Shown here: positions 26,289-39,729 of the stretch, piece after piece
How the letters are laid out: every line of letters starts with the position of its first letter
Position numbering within the stretch: position 1 is the first letter of the stretch
Assembly (NCBI RefSeq): GCF_009914755.1
Contig: NC_060928.1
Origin: the human T2T-CHM13v2.0 reference genome, Homo sapiens
Strand: one strand, 5' to 3'
Length of the DNA stretch: 64,000 bases
The notes under the pieces: generated by a model
What the model was told of the DNA's origin: nothing
Databases searched by the model: none
The model's input: the letters and a program-made list of their open reading frames with translations, nothing else
Made by a program: the position numbers and the translations under genes

Positions 26289-29200
26289 GTTTTGTTTCCA
26301 TTTTTATGGAATATCTTTTTTCACCTCGTTGCTTTCGGTCTATATGTGTCTTTACTGCTAAAGTGAGTTTCTTTTAGGCAACATACAGTTGGATCATGTT
26401 TTTTCTTTTTCTATGCATTTAGCCAATCTAGAACTTAAAAGTGGAGCATTTAAACTATTTACATTCAAGATTATTATTGATATGGGAAGTTTTGCTTCTT
26501 TCATATTGTTAAATTTTTTAGTTGTTTTATAAATTCTTGGTTTCTTTTTCACTTAACGTTTCTCATTGTGGTTTGATGGAATTCTATAGTGGTGCCATTT
26601 GATTACTTTCTTTTCCTCCTTGGTGAAATTGTTTTACCAGTGAGATTTATAATTCCATTGTTTTTATAATTTTTCCTTTGCTTTCACGTTTAGGACACCT
26701 TGAAGCATTTCTTGCAGGACAGGTCTGGTGGTGATGAATTCCTTCAGCATTTGTTTGTTTGGGAAAGGCTTTATTTCTTCTTCATTTATGAAGTTTAATC
26801 TTGCTGGATATTTAATTCTTAGCTAAATATATTCTTACCTGGGTATATAATTCTTAGCTAAAAAGGATTTTTTGGCACTTCAAATATATGTATATATATT
26901 CACTTAGAATATATCCCATTCTTTTTTTGACCTATAAGGTTTCTGCTGAGAAGTCTGCTGTTAGTCTGATGGTATTTCTCTTATAGGTGACTGGACACAT
27001 TTCTCTTGCTGATTTTATAACTTGCGCTTTGACTTTAGACAGTCTGATTATAATATGTCATAGCAAATCCTTTTGGCCTTGTATTTTCTTGGTGACTAAT
27101 GAGCCTCCTGTATATGGATCTCTAATTCTCTCGATATTCTAGGGAATTTTTCATTTGTTATGTCATCAAATAGACTTTTTAAACCTTTAGTTCTCTTATT
27201 ACCCATGGAGATAATCATAATTCATAAATGTAGTTGCTTTATCTTGTCTCAAACTTCTTGAAGTTTTGTTTGTTCACTTTTTAAAATTCTTTTTCTTTAT
27301 TTTTGTTTGACTAAATTATTTCAAATAAACTGTCTTCCAATTGTGAAATTCTTCCTTCTGCAAGGCCTAGTTTATTATTGAGGCTTTCAAGTGTATTTTG
27401 GGCTCCCATCAGTAATTTCTTTGTAGTTACAGAATTTCAGTTTTTATTTAAGAACTAGCCCCTTGGTAAATTTCTTATTTACAATTTGAATTGATTTTTT
27501 TTGTTCTTTCTATTGGTATTCAGATTTCTTTTTCATCTTATTGAGCTTCTTTAAAATAAATATTTTAAATTTTTTATCTGAGATTTTGAGAATTTCATTT
27601 TGGCCAAAATCTATTGCTAGAGAATTATTGTGTTTCTTTAGGGTGTCACATGTCCTGCTTTTTTATGTTTGCTGTGTCTTTACATCGATTTCTGCACATG
27701 TAGTGTAACAGTCGCTTTTTCCTATTTTTGAGTTTACTTTTGTTCAAGGGGGACTATTTCTGAAGATGTGTCAATGGTATTGGCTGGGTAGGACCCTTTG
27801 GCTTTCCTTCTGAATGCATGTAGCAGTAAAGTCTCCATATTATTTCCTTGCTATAAACAGCATCAGTGGCATCTGTGGTTTCCTTGGCATGTTAGAGTGG
27901 AATTAATAGTGGAGGCTGTGGAAGAGTTGTGCTGGGGACTGCAATGCCAGATGAGCCTATCTTCAGGATTCAGCACTGGCATTGGAGAGCTAGGCATTTC
28001 TATTCTTGTAATCTGGGGCAGTGTACATGGGCACCTATGTTGGCATTTCCAGGCCAGCTGATTATTGGGCCTCTGGGTGGCTTTCCCAGATGCCAGTTAT
28101 GGTAGTAGTATATCAGGTGTGTGAGTATTCTCTTGAGCCCCTGCGTTGCTAGTGTGGTATGAGCAATGGCAGCACCAGTGGTAACATTCTCTTCTAGATC
28201 CCAAGCAATGTGTGCTTGTGTTGGTAGTGGTTGCAGTGGGCTGTGCAGGCTGGCCCCTAGACCAGCACATGTATGGCAGTTGCAGGTAGGAGACAGCTGA
28301 GGTGGAAGTGGTGGGATGTACAGGTCCAACCTCAGTGCCCCAGAAGGAGTTCTTGGTTGGTGGATTGGAATGTCCAGTCCCTCAGACAACAGACAACCCT
28401 GTATTGTCTTAAGAGTGGAAATGAAGCCAGGTAGAGCTGGACTGGGCAGGCTTAAGCTCAGGCCTCACAATGGGGAGCACATGCTGCAAAGTGATCCTTA
28501 GGCCTCTGGTTGATTGCTAGGGTTAAGGGCAGTAGCTGCTACACTAAGGTCCTGCCATGGGGAGGGTGCAGCCAGCTCCAGTGGCCACAGTCTTGGCTCA
28601 TGAGTGGGGGACACATGTCCTTGTCATGCCTGTCTCAATGGAGCTCATTCCCCAGTCCAGGTTATTGCAGTGGACCCAGGGTATCTGTCATACCTAGAAG
28701 TCTGCACCATGCTCACAACTCAGCCCCAGGCCTTAAGAGTGCCCACCCAGTTCAAGATCAATAATTTATGGCAGCTTGATTCCCCCTCAATCTCCAGAGG
28801 AGAAACCCCTTTCCCACCACCAGCAGTAAAAGCCCAATCCACAGTCATTTCCAAGTTCTTGCTATAAGAGCCCACCCCCAACTTATATCCCAGGTGTGCA
28901 ATCAATAGCATGAGTTTTGATAATGCCTAGGACTGATGATGCTGGTTCTCAAGACAGAACACAGTCTGTTTAAAGCTAGAATTAAAAATGGCATCTTGCT
29001 GTAGCTGCTTAGGTTTCAGAAAGGGTCTGGGAACCAACGTGAGTTTTTTCCCTGGAGCAGTTCTTTCTCATAGTCTCCCAGCTGCTCCCTAAGTTAGTTT
29101 CAAAGCTTGGGCGGGTAATGGAGCTCTCCTGTGGCCTTGATTGTTTGATTCCCCAGTAGGAAACTAGACCACAGAAAGATTCTCATGCACCTTTTTCCCA

Positions 29201-29411
29201 TATTGGGGAGTCATTCCTGGTTCCCAGCTAGTCCTGGCCAAGTATGCTGCTTGTTTCTTTATCCTTTATAGTTTTGATATTTCCTATCACTTTTCTGTTG
29301 AACTACCATGCTCTCTCTTTGACAATAGATTCAAAGTGCAGTTATGTACACACTATTTTGGTTCTTGTAAGTAGATGAAGTATACACGAAGTGGTGTTAG
29401 CCAGCCATCTT
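26289..29411 (-). mobile_element. L1 5' part (ORF2 start, ORF1, 5' UTR), probably the same element as 23700-25048
   Basis: Reverse-strand ORF1 motifs (GGTTTCTGCTGAGAAGTCTGCTGTTAGTCTGATGG); GC-richer 5' UTR 27900-29250; ends in CAGCCATCTT (reverse of AAGATGGCTG at L1 5' end). Confidence 0.85.
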
Positions 29412-29470
29412 CATGAATTGGAGACATAATATTCTTAAGGTGTCAACTCTTTCCAAATTGATTTCAACCA
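29412..29470 (+). mobile_element. Short plus-strand L1 ORF2 remnant
   Basis: CATGAATTGGAGACATAATATTCTTAAGGTGTCAACTCTTTCCAAATTGAT resembles the ORF2 WIGRLNIVKMSILPKL coding sequence. Confidence 0.55.
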
Positions 29471-29692
29471 TCTCTACACACGGTTCTGAGTTTGGTCTGT
29501 AACTCAATATTTTGAATATATGTGTCTTACACTCTTGTAAGTATTCCTAATGTACTCAAGATTGTTGAGAGAGATCTTACCTTAGTTATTCAAGATATAA
29601 TCATCTAGAATCTTTGTTAGACACAGATGCAAATGGGAAACAGATCATGATTTAACTCTATGTCCCATATTTTAGTACTAGTGTCAGAGCTT

Positions 29693-30049
29693 TGTTTTAG
29701 TCAGTTCAGGCTGCTGTAACTACCACTATAGACTGAGTGTCTTAAATAACAGAAAATATTTCTCACAGTTCTAGAGGCTGAGAAGTTCAAGATCAAGATA
29801 CCAGCAGATTCCGTTACTGTTGAGGGCTCTCTTTATAGTTCATAGATGGCCAACTTCTTGCTGTACCCTCATACAGTAAAAAGAAAGATTATCTTTCTCC
29901 TATCTCTTTAAAATGGTGTTATCCTATTAATGAGTGCTTTGTCCTTATGACCTCATTACCTCCCAAAGGCCCCATCTTCAAATACCATCACAGGGGATAA
30001 AGGTTTCAACATATGAATTTCAAGGGACATCAGCACTTAGTTCATAGCA
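29693..30049 (-). mobile_element. MLT1A-like solo LTR
   Basis: TTTCTCACAGTTCTAGAGGCTGAGAAGTTCAAGATCAAG...CCTCCCAAAGGCCCCATC...TTCAACATATGAATTT. Confidence 0.85.
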
Positions 30050-30719
30050 GGGCTCTCCTTAAAATATTCTCTCAGATGAAATTTGGATAGCAGAATTGTG
30101 ACTTGGATATTATTGCTTAGTACAGAAAATAGAAGATCCATAGCAGGCATGATATAAAAGTTAGAAAGTGATACTTTAAACAGTGAAAGGAAATAGATTA
30201 ATAACTGAACACTATTGGCCATCTACATAAAGAGAATAATAATAAGACTAATTTTTACCAGATCTGAGCTAATTGCCACAACCTGGATTCAAATTAATAA
30301 AGTTGTAACACAATTATTTTTATGATTAGAAATCTCCAGGATCTTTATTCCCTGTGGGATATGAGCTTTGGAGACATACTTAGTAATCTATTAAAACAGA
30401 TTTTTTGAAAAATAGTTGGAACAGATGGTAGAATGAACCCAACAACTCAGCAGGGTTTATCGATTCTTAAAATTTTACAGCAGTGCTCATTGTTGCAGAT
30501 TTATGTGTTATTTTCCTAGATTTTTGAAAAGATATCTTTAAAAAATATTTTCAAAATAAATCATTCCACAATTATAACAATAACAATCAATAAAACAGGT
30601 AACCCTCTCTTAATAAATATAGGGCCATTAATAAAAGCTCTAGTATCTTATAGGTTTGAAAAGAAATCTTTACATACAGGTACTGTCATATTATATTTAT
30701 AACCCTTTTTTTAAAAAAA

Positions 30720-32120
30720 AGGGAAATTTACAAGGTATACACAGAGAAAGTACATACAATTTGCAAAGTATACAGCAGAGAATTCCAATACACCTCACAC
30801 TGAGTTTTTCCTATTATTAACATCTTCGGTTATTAGTGTGATAAATTTACCATGAATCAACATTGATACATTATTATTAACTAAAGCCTATATTTCATGT
30901 AGATTTCCTTAGGTTTTAGCTAATGTCTTTTTTTGTTCCCATAATCCCATCCAGGACATAACAATACATTTCATTGTCATCTCTGTGTAGGGTCTTCTAC
31001 TATGACATTTCTCAGTTTTTTTGATGACTTTGATAGTTTTAAGAAATACTCGGAAGGTATTTTACAGAATGCCTTTAAATTTGGGTTTGCTTAGATTTTT
31101 CCCCTCAATGTTAGATAATAATTATCATTTTAGGGGAAGGAAAATCAGAGAGGTAAAGTGCCATTCTCATCACATCACATCAAAGAAACATACTATCAAT
31201 ATCACTTATTACAACTGAGATTAACCTTCATCTGGATGGCACTGTGCCTGTCATGTTTTTCCACTGTAAAGTTACTATCATTTTCTCCATTTACATACTT
31301 AATTTTTTGGAAGGAAATCACTTTATGCAGCCCACACTTGAAGAAAAGAAAGTTAAGTTTCACATCTGTGAATAGAGAGTATCTATATAAATTTTTGGAA
31401 TTATTTTACACGGATTTGCCTATGTCCTCTTATTCTATTTATTTATTTAGTCATTTATTTGTATTAATATGGACTCATATGCTTTATTAGTCTGTTTTCA
31501 TGCTAATAAGAAAGACATACCTGAGACTGGGAAATTTACAAAGAGAAGTTTAATGGATTTACAGTTCCACATGGCTGGGGAGTCCTCACAATCATGGTGG
31601 AAGACAAGAAGGAGCAAGTCACATCTTACATGGATGGCAGAAGGTAAAGAGAGCTTGTGCAGGGAAACTCCCATTTTTAAAACCATCAGATTTCATGAGA
31701 CTTATTCACTATCACGAGGACAGCATAGGAAAGACTTGCCCCCATGATTCAATTATCTCCTACTGGGTCCCTCCCACAACACGTGGGAATCATGGGAGTT
31801 ACAAGATGAGATTCGGGTGGGGACACAGAGCCAAGCCACATCATGTGCATTTATTCTATATTTTACATTATAATACAACTATATGAGTTATTTTATTGCT
31901 CATATTCTTCCAGCTTTGGACACTGAAAGTTCTTTCAGGTGGATCGTATATCTCTTTAAAATGTCTCCACCATTGTGTCCATCCTTACTTCCTGGCATGG
32001 CAAGATGCTCCATGTTCTTTGATTTCTCATACCTCAGCACTAGAATCAGCTACTTATTCATGGAACCTTGGTTATTTTTACTGGAGAATAATATTGGAAA
32101 TCAAGTTCTGGGAAGTAATA
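30720..32120 (-). mobile_element. Old L1 3' end (L1MC/MD-type), interrupted by THE1
   Basis: CATTGATACATTATTATTAACTAAAG, CCCATCCAGGA, GAGGTAAAGTGCCATTCTCATCACATC. Confidence 0.8.
31483..31843 (-). mobile_element. THE1B-like solo LTR
   Basis: TATTAGTCTGTTTTCATGCT...GGGGACACAGAGCCAAGCCACATCA; TSD TATGC/TGTGC. Confidence 0.92.
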
Positions 32121-33489
32121 GGTTCTTTTTATTTTAATGAAAAAAAAAAGACTCAGTAGATTAAGATATTTAAAAAGCCCATATTACAGAAAATGTATTC
32201 AATGAAAAGTAAATATTTCTCCCATATCCACATCCTTTTCCTTTTTTAAAATGCAGCATCATTTCAGGTGTACCTTGATATTTTGTAGACAAATATGCAT
32301 CTCTCTAATCATTTTCTTGTCTATTATTTCTAGTTATCTACATGGAAGGAGAGGTGGCACACTTCAGTGATCCTTGTTTCTTTTCACATAAGTTCATATA
32401 AATATAGTATTTATGTAAGTATATAGATGGCATGGGATATGCAGTCCATTGTTAAGATATGCTCTATTTTTTTAAATGAAATTCTACAAATTACCTTTAG
32501 TTTATTTCCTTCCTATTGATATTTTGCAAGCATAACTATGATCACTATTTCATAGATTCATTAATATGATTTTAATGGAAAGCATATATGGATGGTGCTA
32601 GGGTTATATTTGGGAGCTTAATCAAAATTAGCTGAGCAGAACAACATAAGGCTTTTGAATAATACCAGGAGAAGGGTCTTGACAAAGCTTTCTCCTTGAT
32701 CAAAAAGCTCTAATTGTGATATGGTTTAAACCATGTAACCCATGTTTCTTGTCCCTCCTTCAAGTCTTCTACAAACATGTAAATTATCACAGTGTGAAAT
32801 CTCCTTCCTGAAATTCTTCCACAATTTTTCAGTTATGTCCAGCCCCAACTGATCTTTTTGTAGAATACTTAGAGCTTCAAGATCATATGTGTTCAGGTGC
32901 TCTTTTTGCCTCTGAGTTTCTCCAGTAAGTGCTACTTTACATTAATACTGCATGGCAATAGTGGCTCATGACTATGTACCTCTGAGCAATATATTTTGGA
33001 TCCTAATAGTGGCTTATGCATATTACTTGTCTGAGCTAAGCTAGAAGCTACAATGTTTATAACGATGGTGAAGAAAGTACTGAACTCGAGATTAAGTCAG
33101 GAATGGATTGGGTTACTTCCACTTGGCAGAAACATGTATAATGAAATAGAGTAATGTGAAAATGCAGAAATAATTTTTCTTTCACAGTCAGAGGCAAAAG
33201 AAAACAGAGACATTGACTAATTTTGAAACTCAATTTTCCATTCTTTCCTCCAAGAGGAGGCTAAGTACTGAATCCTAAGCCAAGTACTGCACCTTACAAG
33301 ATTGTAATTATGGTTATAATACTGGTCATTATTATCATTATCATCCGTACAGGTTATGCTTGCTTTTCTTTGGAGGCCCCATATATTTTGTATGGATATT
33401 TTGTAGAAGCAAGCATGTGAATATAGTATTTGAGCACATCCACTATGACACTTGCTAGTGTTTTCTAGAATGGTAACTCAAATGCATAG

Positions 33490-33842
33490 TGATACAGTTT
33501 GGCAGTGTCCCCACCCAAATCTAATCTTGAATTCTCATGTATTGTGGGAGGGACCCTATGGGAGGTAACTGAATCATGGGGGCACGTCTTTCCTGTGCTG
33601 TTCTCATGATAGTGAATAAGTCTCATGAGGTCTGACGATATCAAAAGGGGGAGTTTCCCTGCCCAATCTCTCTTTGCTGGCTGCCATCCATGTAAGACGT
33701 GACTTACTCCTTCTTTTCTTCCACCACAATTATGAGGATTTCCCAGCCATATGGACCTGTAAGTCCAATTAAACCTTTTTATTTTGTAAATTGCCCAGTC
33801 TTATGTATGTCTTTATCAGCAGCATGAAAACGAACTAATATA
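33490..33842 (+). mobile_element. THE1B-like solo LTR
   Basis: TGATACAGTTTGGCAGTGTCCCCACCCAAATC...GAAAACGAACTAATATA; TSD CATAG/CATGG. Confidence 0.92.
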
Positions 33843-34564
33843 CATGGCCAAGAACTTTCATACTTCTTACGGCTGCCAAAGTCATATAATGAACTAATTC
33901 AGGAGAAAAATAAATAGTATTCTCTTACAAGATTTATACAAGTTGAACACTATACATCATTTTCTGGAAGCTACTGCTACTTGGCACAGCACTGTAAACT
34001 ATCAAAGCTTTAACAAGAACATGACCACTGTTGAATCTACAGTAAATGAATATTTTGCAGCCTCTGTTAGCATTTAAATACAGCCTTTGCTTTTGCTAAT
34101 GCCTTCTTTTCTATGCTCATCTAAAAGACAAATATCAGCATATCTTCTCAGGAAAGGGGTGCAATACGCATTTGACATGCTTTCACAGGTATATTTTAAT
34201 GATCTTAAAGTATGTCATCAATGGGTTTGAAAAATATTTACACATTGTGAACTGTTGGTATCCAAATGTTTCATTTGTAAAATGTTTACATTGTCTACCT
34301 TCAGCAGAAAAGGAACCAACATCGTATTTATGCTTACCGAGTCTTATCTATTCAAACGTGAGACACAACCCAAGGTTATACAATTTGGGCATAAAACTTT
34401 AACCCCTACTGAGAAATAAACCAATTGACTTGGCAGGTATTGACTCTAAAGAAGTTGGTTTCTTTGAATGTATCAGATAAACATTTTATACCTGGATAAT
34501 TTACTAAATTCATATACCAAGTAACCAAACAGCATCTAAGATTGAATGAAGAGTCCCTGAATAT

Positions 34565-35275
34565 AAATTAAAAAGTCAAGAAACACCAGATGCTGGTGAG
34601 GTAGCAGAGAAATAGGAATGCTTTTATACTGTTGGTGTTAATGTAAATTAGTTCAACCATTGTGGAAGACAGTGTAGTGATTCCTCAAAGATTTAGAACC
34701 AGAAATACCATTTGACCCAGCAATCCCATTACTGGGTACATACCCAAAGGAATAAAAATTATTCTATTATAAAGATATATGCACACACATGTTCATTGCA
34801 GCACTATTCACAATAGCAAAGAAATGCAATCAACCCAAATGCCCATCAATGATAGACTGAATAAAGAAAATGTGGTACATATACACCATGGAATACTATG
34901 CAGCCACAAAAAGAATGAGATCATATTCTTTGCAGCGACATGAAAGAAGCTGGAAGGCATTATCCTTAGCAAACTAACACAAGAACAGAAAACCAAACAC
35001 CTCATGTCCTCACTTGTATGTGGGATCTGGACAATGAGAACACAAGGACACAGGGAGGGAAACAACCACACACTGGGGCCTGTCAGGGTAGGGAAGGGAG
35101 GTGGGAGAGCATCAGAAAAAACAGCTATTGTATGCAGGGCTTAATACTTAGGTGATGGATTGATACGTGCAGCAAACTGCCATGGCACACGTTTACCTAT
35201 GTAACAAACCTGTACATCCTGCACATGTACCCTGGAACTTAAAAGAAAATAAAATTAAAAACAAAACAAATAAAA
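34565..35275 (+). mobile_element. 5'-truncated L1PA (older primate, ~L1PA8-13) 3' end
   Basis: GAAATACCATTTGACCCAGCAATCCC, CACCATGGAATACTATGCAGCC, G-rich 3' UTR, A-rich tail. Confidence 0.93.
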
Positions 35276-35282
35276 CTGCTAG

Positions 35283-35673
35283 AAAGTGTCCTACTTCCAA
35301 TAAAAAAGACAGGCTTTAGATCCCCTCTATGCCTTAGATTTCATGGAATTATATTGGTGTCTATGACTAATTTCACAGTTGACAGAAACCTTTATCTACA
35401 ATATCATTTTTGTCTTCTTTTTTGTTTCCACAAACCTCCAAGCTTTTTAATTTAAGGACTTTCTCTCAACATCAACAAAAAAATAAAATCCCTCTGGTAA
35501 GCTCTTCCTGAGACAAAGCATCTCATCTAAAGAAAAGATATGACCTCCTAATTTTTCATAAACCTTTTACAATGGGTGTCCAAAGTTCTTAAGTGGGACC
35601 AACTTCAGAAATTTCCATTGCAGAATGAAATTTGCACATTAATCAGAGGCAAAAGCTTGCCTCTAAGTATAAT
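35283..35673 (+). repeat. Copy 1 of ~390-bp local direct duplication (copy 2 at 44736-45121)
   Basis: Colinear match with long identical blocks, e.g. TATGCCTTAGATTTCATGGAATTATATTGGTGT and TATGACTAATTTCACAGTTGACAGAAACC. Confidence 0.95.
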
Positions 35674-35979
35674 CCAATGTTCTGATATTTGGCTGCGTAC
35701 TTGCCAGTACATAGCCACAGAGATTACACTCCCTACGTGCATGTCACTGCCTAGAAAAGGGCATCACTCACAAGGTCTTCCAGTAGTCAAGTAGTCACGC
35801 ATTAATAATTAATACCCCAAGATTTTTTTAACTGTATATTAGGCAGTTTATTCAAAGTTGACAAACCCGAGTCTTGGAACTATCCGTGATGGTAATGGGA
35901 AAATGCTGAGAGCCAGGGCATTGAATATTTTCACAATAAACTGAATTTAAGGCAGTACTCTTGATATAAAACTACTGAG

Positions 35980-36078
35980 GCAGTCCACGTCAAATGACTG
36001 ACAAATGCCTGGACATCCAGGCCTAATGAGATCTAACTCAGAAGGAATATTCTGACTCCAAAATTTTGAGACCACTGA
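35980..36078. mobile_element. MER5-like hAT fragment
   Basis: ATTCTGACTCCAAAATTTTGAGACCACTG terminus. Confidence 0.45.
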
Positions 36079-36589
36079 ATTAGTTGTTCTTTGGTCTGCA
36101 TTGCAGACCCACCTCACCCTCTGCTCAGTCCTGCTCCTACTCTTACTTTCAACAGATTTGAGTTGGAAGGATATTACCTAATAAAGGGCTTGAATCTTAA
36201 ACTCCACCTCGGAGAGTATGTTTCTTGAGAACCCAACCTGTAACACCTGACATCACTATTTAAAAACATTAATGTAAAGTCTTTATAAAATCTGAGTGTT
36301 TCAGTAGGTGAAAGCTCAGGCACAACTACTCCAGAACATGTGATGCTGAAGTCAGATGTTTGCACCTCTGTGTAGAGTAAATGTGAACGTTACAGCTATA
36401 AATACAGACTTGATGCGGCTGTCTACTTTTACTTTCTGTTATTTTTTTGAAATGGTAAAAAAAGAAAAAAAACTAACAAGTAGAGATACAACAAATACAG
36501 CCTTCCTACACTTTCATGTGATTTATATTCCTAAATTGTTTACTTTCTATTAAAACTGTGCAAAAATATTTAATATCCTCAAGAATATG

Positions 36590-36810
36590 GAGTAGTGTTT
36601 TAGACTCAAAACTCTTTTGGATAAATGTCTAGCAGGAAATTCAAATGTTTTTTTGCAGAATATCAGAAAAATCATTTTGTGGAACTTTTCTGAACATTGT
36701 AGAACATTTAGCATCCCAGTAAGCACAAGTAGATCTCCAGTCATCACTGCCACAACAGTATCCCGTTTCTAAAACTTCTCCTAGGGATCAGTACATTGGG
36801 AAGCAATGGT
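36590..36810. mobile_element. MER20-like hAT fossil
   Basis: CATTGTAGAACATTTAGCATCCC resembles the MER20 core. Confidence 0.5.
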
Positions 36811-36989
36811 GAAAGAAATTTTACACCCCTGAAAAACATTGACAAAGATGGGAAATTAATTGAAGTATGGAGCAAATGAGCATATTATCAGACTTATTTT
36901 TAATAGTCCTGCTAGCCCATTGTAATAAGAATTGTCTAAAGGCAGGTGGGTGAAAACATAATATGTACCCATTTATTGTTTATGCTTCA

Positions 36990-37300
36990 TTTTAAAATAT
37001 ATTTATAGTGGCATAATTGTCAAATGATAAACCTCATATATTAAAATTGTATAATTTGATAAGTTTTAACATATATATGTCTGTAAAATCATAACCATAA
37101 TTGATACATAAACATGTCTATCATCCGTGAAGGTTTACACATTTCCCTTCATAATCTCCCCATAATAACCCTCCTTATTCCCTGCTTTCCCATCACCAGA
37201 CAACTACTGCACTGTCTTCTATCAATATAAATTAGTTTGCACTTTCTAGAAATTTATATAAATGAAGCCACCTAGTATGTATCCTTTTTGTCTGGTTTAC
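36990..37300 (-). mobile_element. Old L1 3' end fragment
   Basis: CAGACAACTACTG...TTAGTTTGCACTTTCTAGAAATTTATATAAATG. Confidence 0.75.
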
Positions 37301-37309
37301 TAATAATAA

Positions 37310-38180
37310 TTGAAAATTGGCAAAATAATTGAACAGATACTTGACCAGAAGACATAAACATAGCAAAAAGCAAATAAGATGCTCAATCTTTTTCATCAGC
37401 AGATAAATACAAATGAAAACATGAAAAGATACATGACACAAATACGTAAGTGGTTAAAATGATATTAAAAAATAAAACCATCTCGAGTTAGAAAAGATGC
37501 AAAGTACCTGAAACAGTCAAACAATGCTTGGAGGGATGTAAAATGATACAGGTACATTGGAAAATAGTTTGGTAGTCCCATAAAATTAAACATAAAATCA
37601 CCAAACAAACAGAAACACTTTACTCACCAGATTTTAGCCAAGTAAACACTTTAGTTTATAGAAAATCCTATACAGAAAGGTTTATAGTGTCATTATTTTT
37701 AGCTGTTCTCAAATTGAAATTAACCCAAAGTTCTTTCAACTGGTAAACAGAGGAATAAATTTGGGATATCCACAAAATTGAATATTACTCAGTGGTTAAA
37801 AAAAAACTACTCAATATACACAACAATCTGCACAAATCTCAAACGAGTTACTGCCTGAAATATAACAGACTCAGATTACCGGGTCTAAGGATATGATTAG
37901 ATTTCCGTATATGATATCATTTATATGACATTCTGGACAGGACAAAACTACAGGAACTAGAAACGGATTGCTGGTTGACAGGAGCTGGCAGTGTGAGGAA
38001 GGGTTATACAAAGCATTAAAGGAAAATAGGGATGGGAGTAGATGAGATTGATGGAGTTGTTTTACATCTTGATTATAGTGGCAGTTAACATGATTATACA
38101 TTTATTGAAACTCAGAGAAATGCATAGTCAAAAAGGAAAATTGTATTGCATAACTCTTCTTTAATACAAAAAGTGGAATA
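37310..38180 (+). mobile_element. Old L1 (L1ME/MB-like) 3' part
   Basis: GGCAAAATAATTGAACAGATAC, TTGGAAAATAGTTTGG, CATTTATATGACATTCTGG. Confidence 0.75.
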
Positions 38181-38239
38181 AAGAGATATGCAATTATATA
38201 TTAGATTTTGTATAAAGTTCAAATTTATTTGTCATAGCC

Positions 38240-38400
38240 TCCCTTTCTTTCCTTCCTTCCTTCGAGACCAATGAATTAGTTGTTCTTTCCTTCCTTCCGT
38301 CTTTCTTTCCTTCCTTCCTTCCTTCTTTCCACTCTTTCTCTCTCTCTATGTATATATGTGCATATATCATTTGCATATACACACATATATATATGTATAT
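38240..38400. repeat. (TTCC)n/(TC)n/(TA)n low-complexity repeat
   Basis: CCTTCCTTCC runs followed by TC and TA runs. Confidence 0.85.
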
Positions 38401-39729
38401 ACAGAGTAGATTGGCTTACTCTTGGCTTACTACGTATAGAGAGGATTAGTTTACTCTTATGCTTTTTATATTTATTTCAATTTTCTAACTTTATAATATG
38501 CCAACATAATTATCTTTAAAATTATTAATTATTCTAAATTCACATATTCATTCTTATAGCCTCTACACTTTTATTTTTATTAAAATATTTTAATAATCTA
38601 TGTTTCATACCTTTAAATGTCATTTAAAATCTAATAACCTTGGTAAATAGAACAAATGGTGGATTTTGCTTTTCAGGAATAACAAAAGAAAATAAAACCC
38701 CCCATAATTATGAATTACTTAAATCACATATATGACAGAGAATATTTTCACTATATATATTCTATAAGTTATTACAGTAATCAAGTGCATTTATATGTGT
38801 TTTAGGTAGTTTTATCTGTCTAAGACATCATAAACAACACTAAAAATAATTACATTAAACATACAGTATTTTAACAAAAAAGTGGTCTCCATATGATTCT
38901 GAAACAATAGTGCTGTTTGTATGAGTATTTATTTTTCAATTGAGATCTTTTAAAAGCAGCCTAATTAACACAGCATATTGTTTTATAGAATATTGTTGGA
39001 AGAATATCAAATACCATAAAGAAAACATAGAAACTTGGAAGAGAGTTTTAATGCGTATGAGGTAAAAAGCAAGGAGAACATTGTTGGTTTAGCTTCTGCT
39101 AGTGCTAGGTTTTCTCTCTCTTTATAGCTCCAGGATGTACACTTTTAAGAAGTTTTATATACTTTATGTTTTCAGTCTCCACTTCTATAAACTGTCTTAT
39201 TCTTAGCACGCTAGACTCATGATCCTGGGTATTGTAAAATACGATTGTTAAAATATTGATTTCCCAAATGGGCAAAACAAGTGGCACTACATAAATATTT
39301 TATGCTCTCTGTTGTCCTCTATCATTACCTCCTCTTTGTAAGCAAACACCTAAGGGATAGAATATAACTTCCCTCACCGTTCTGTTTACCATGGTTAGAA
39401 GAACCCATGATATAATACTGTAGCTCTGTCTAATTTCAAGAGGTCTAAAATAATGATTATTTTTAAAATTTTTTTTCGTTGATACTATAAACCAATTACT
39501 ATTTCTGTATAAAATAGCAAATTTGGTAATAATATAAAATTGCTGACAAAATTTGAACTCAAAAATACCTTGTTGTTAAGTAACTGAAGGTGAAAGGGAC
39601 AGAAAATTGATGCCATCTAAAAGCAGCAAACATCCAGAATGGCTTGTGGGATTTAATTTAAACATGATATGTGTAAATTTAATGAGGTAGGGGATGTATT
39701 ACAGGACAGAAATTTGACTTTCTTCTTCC

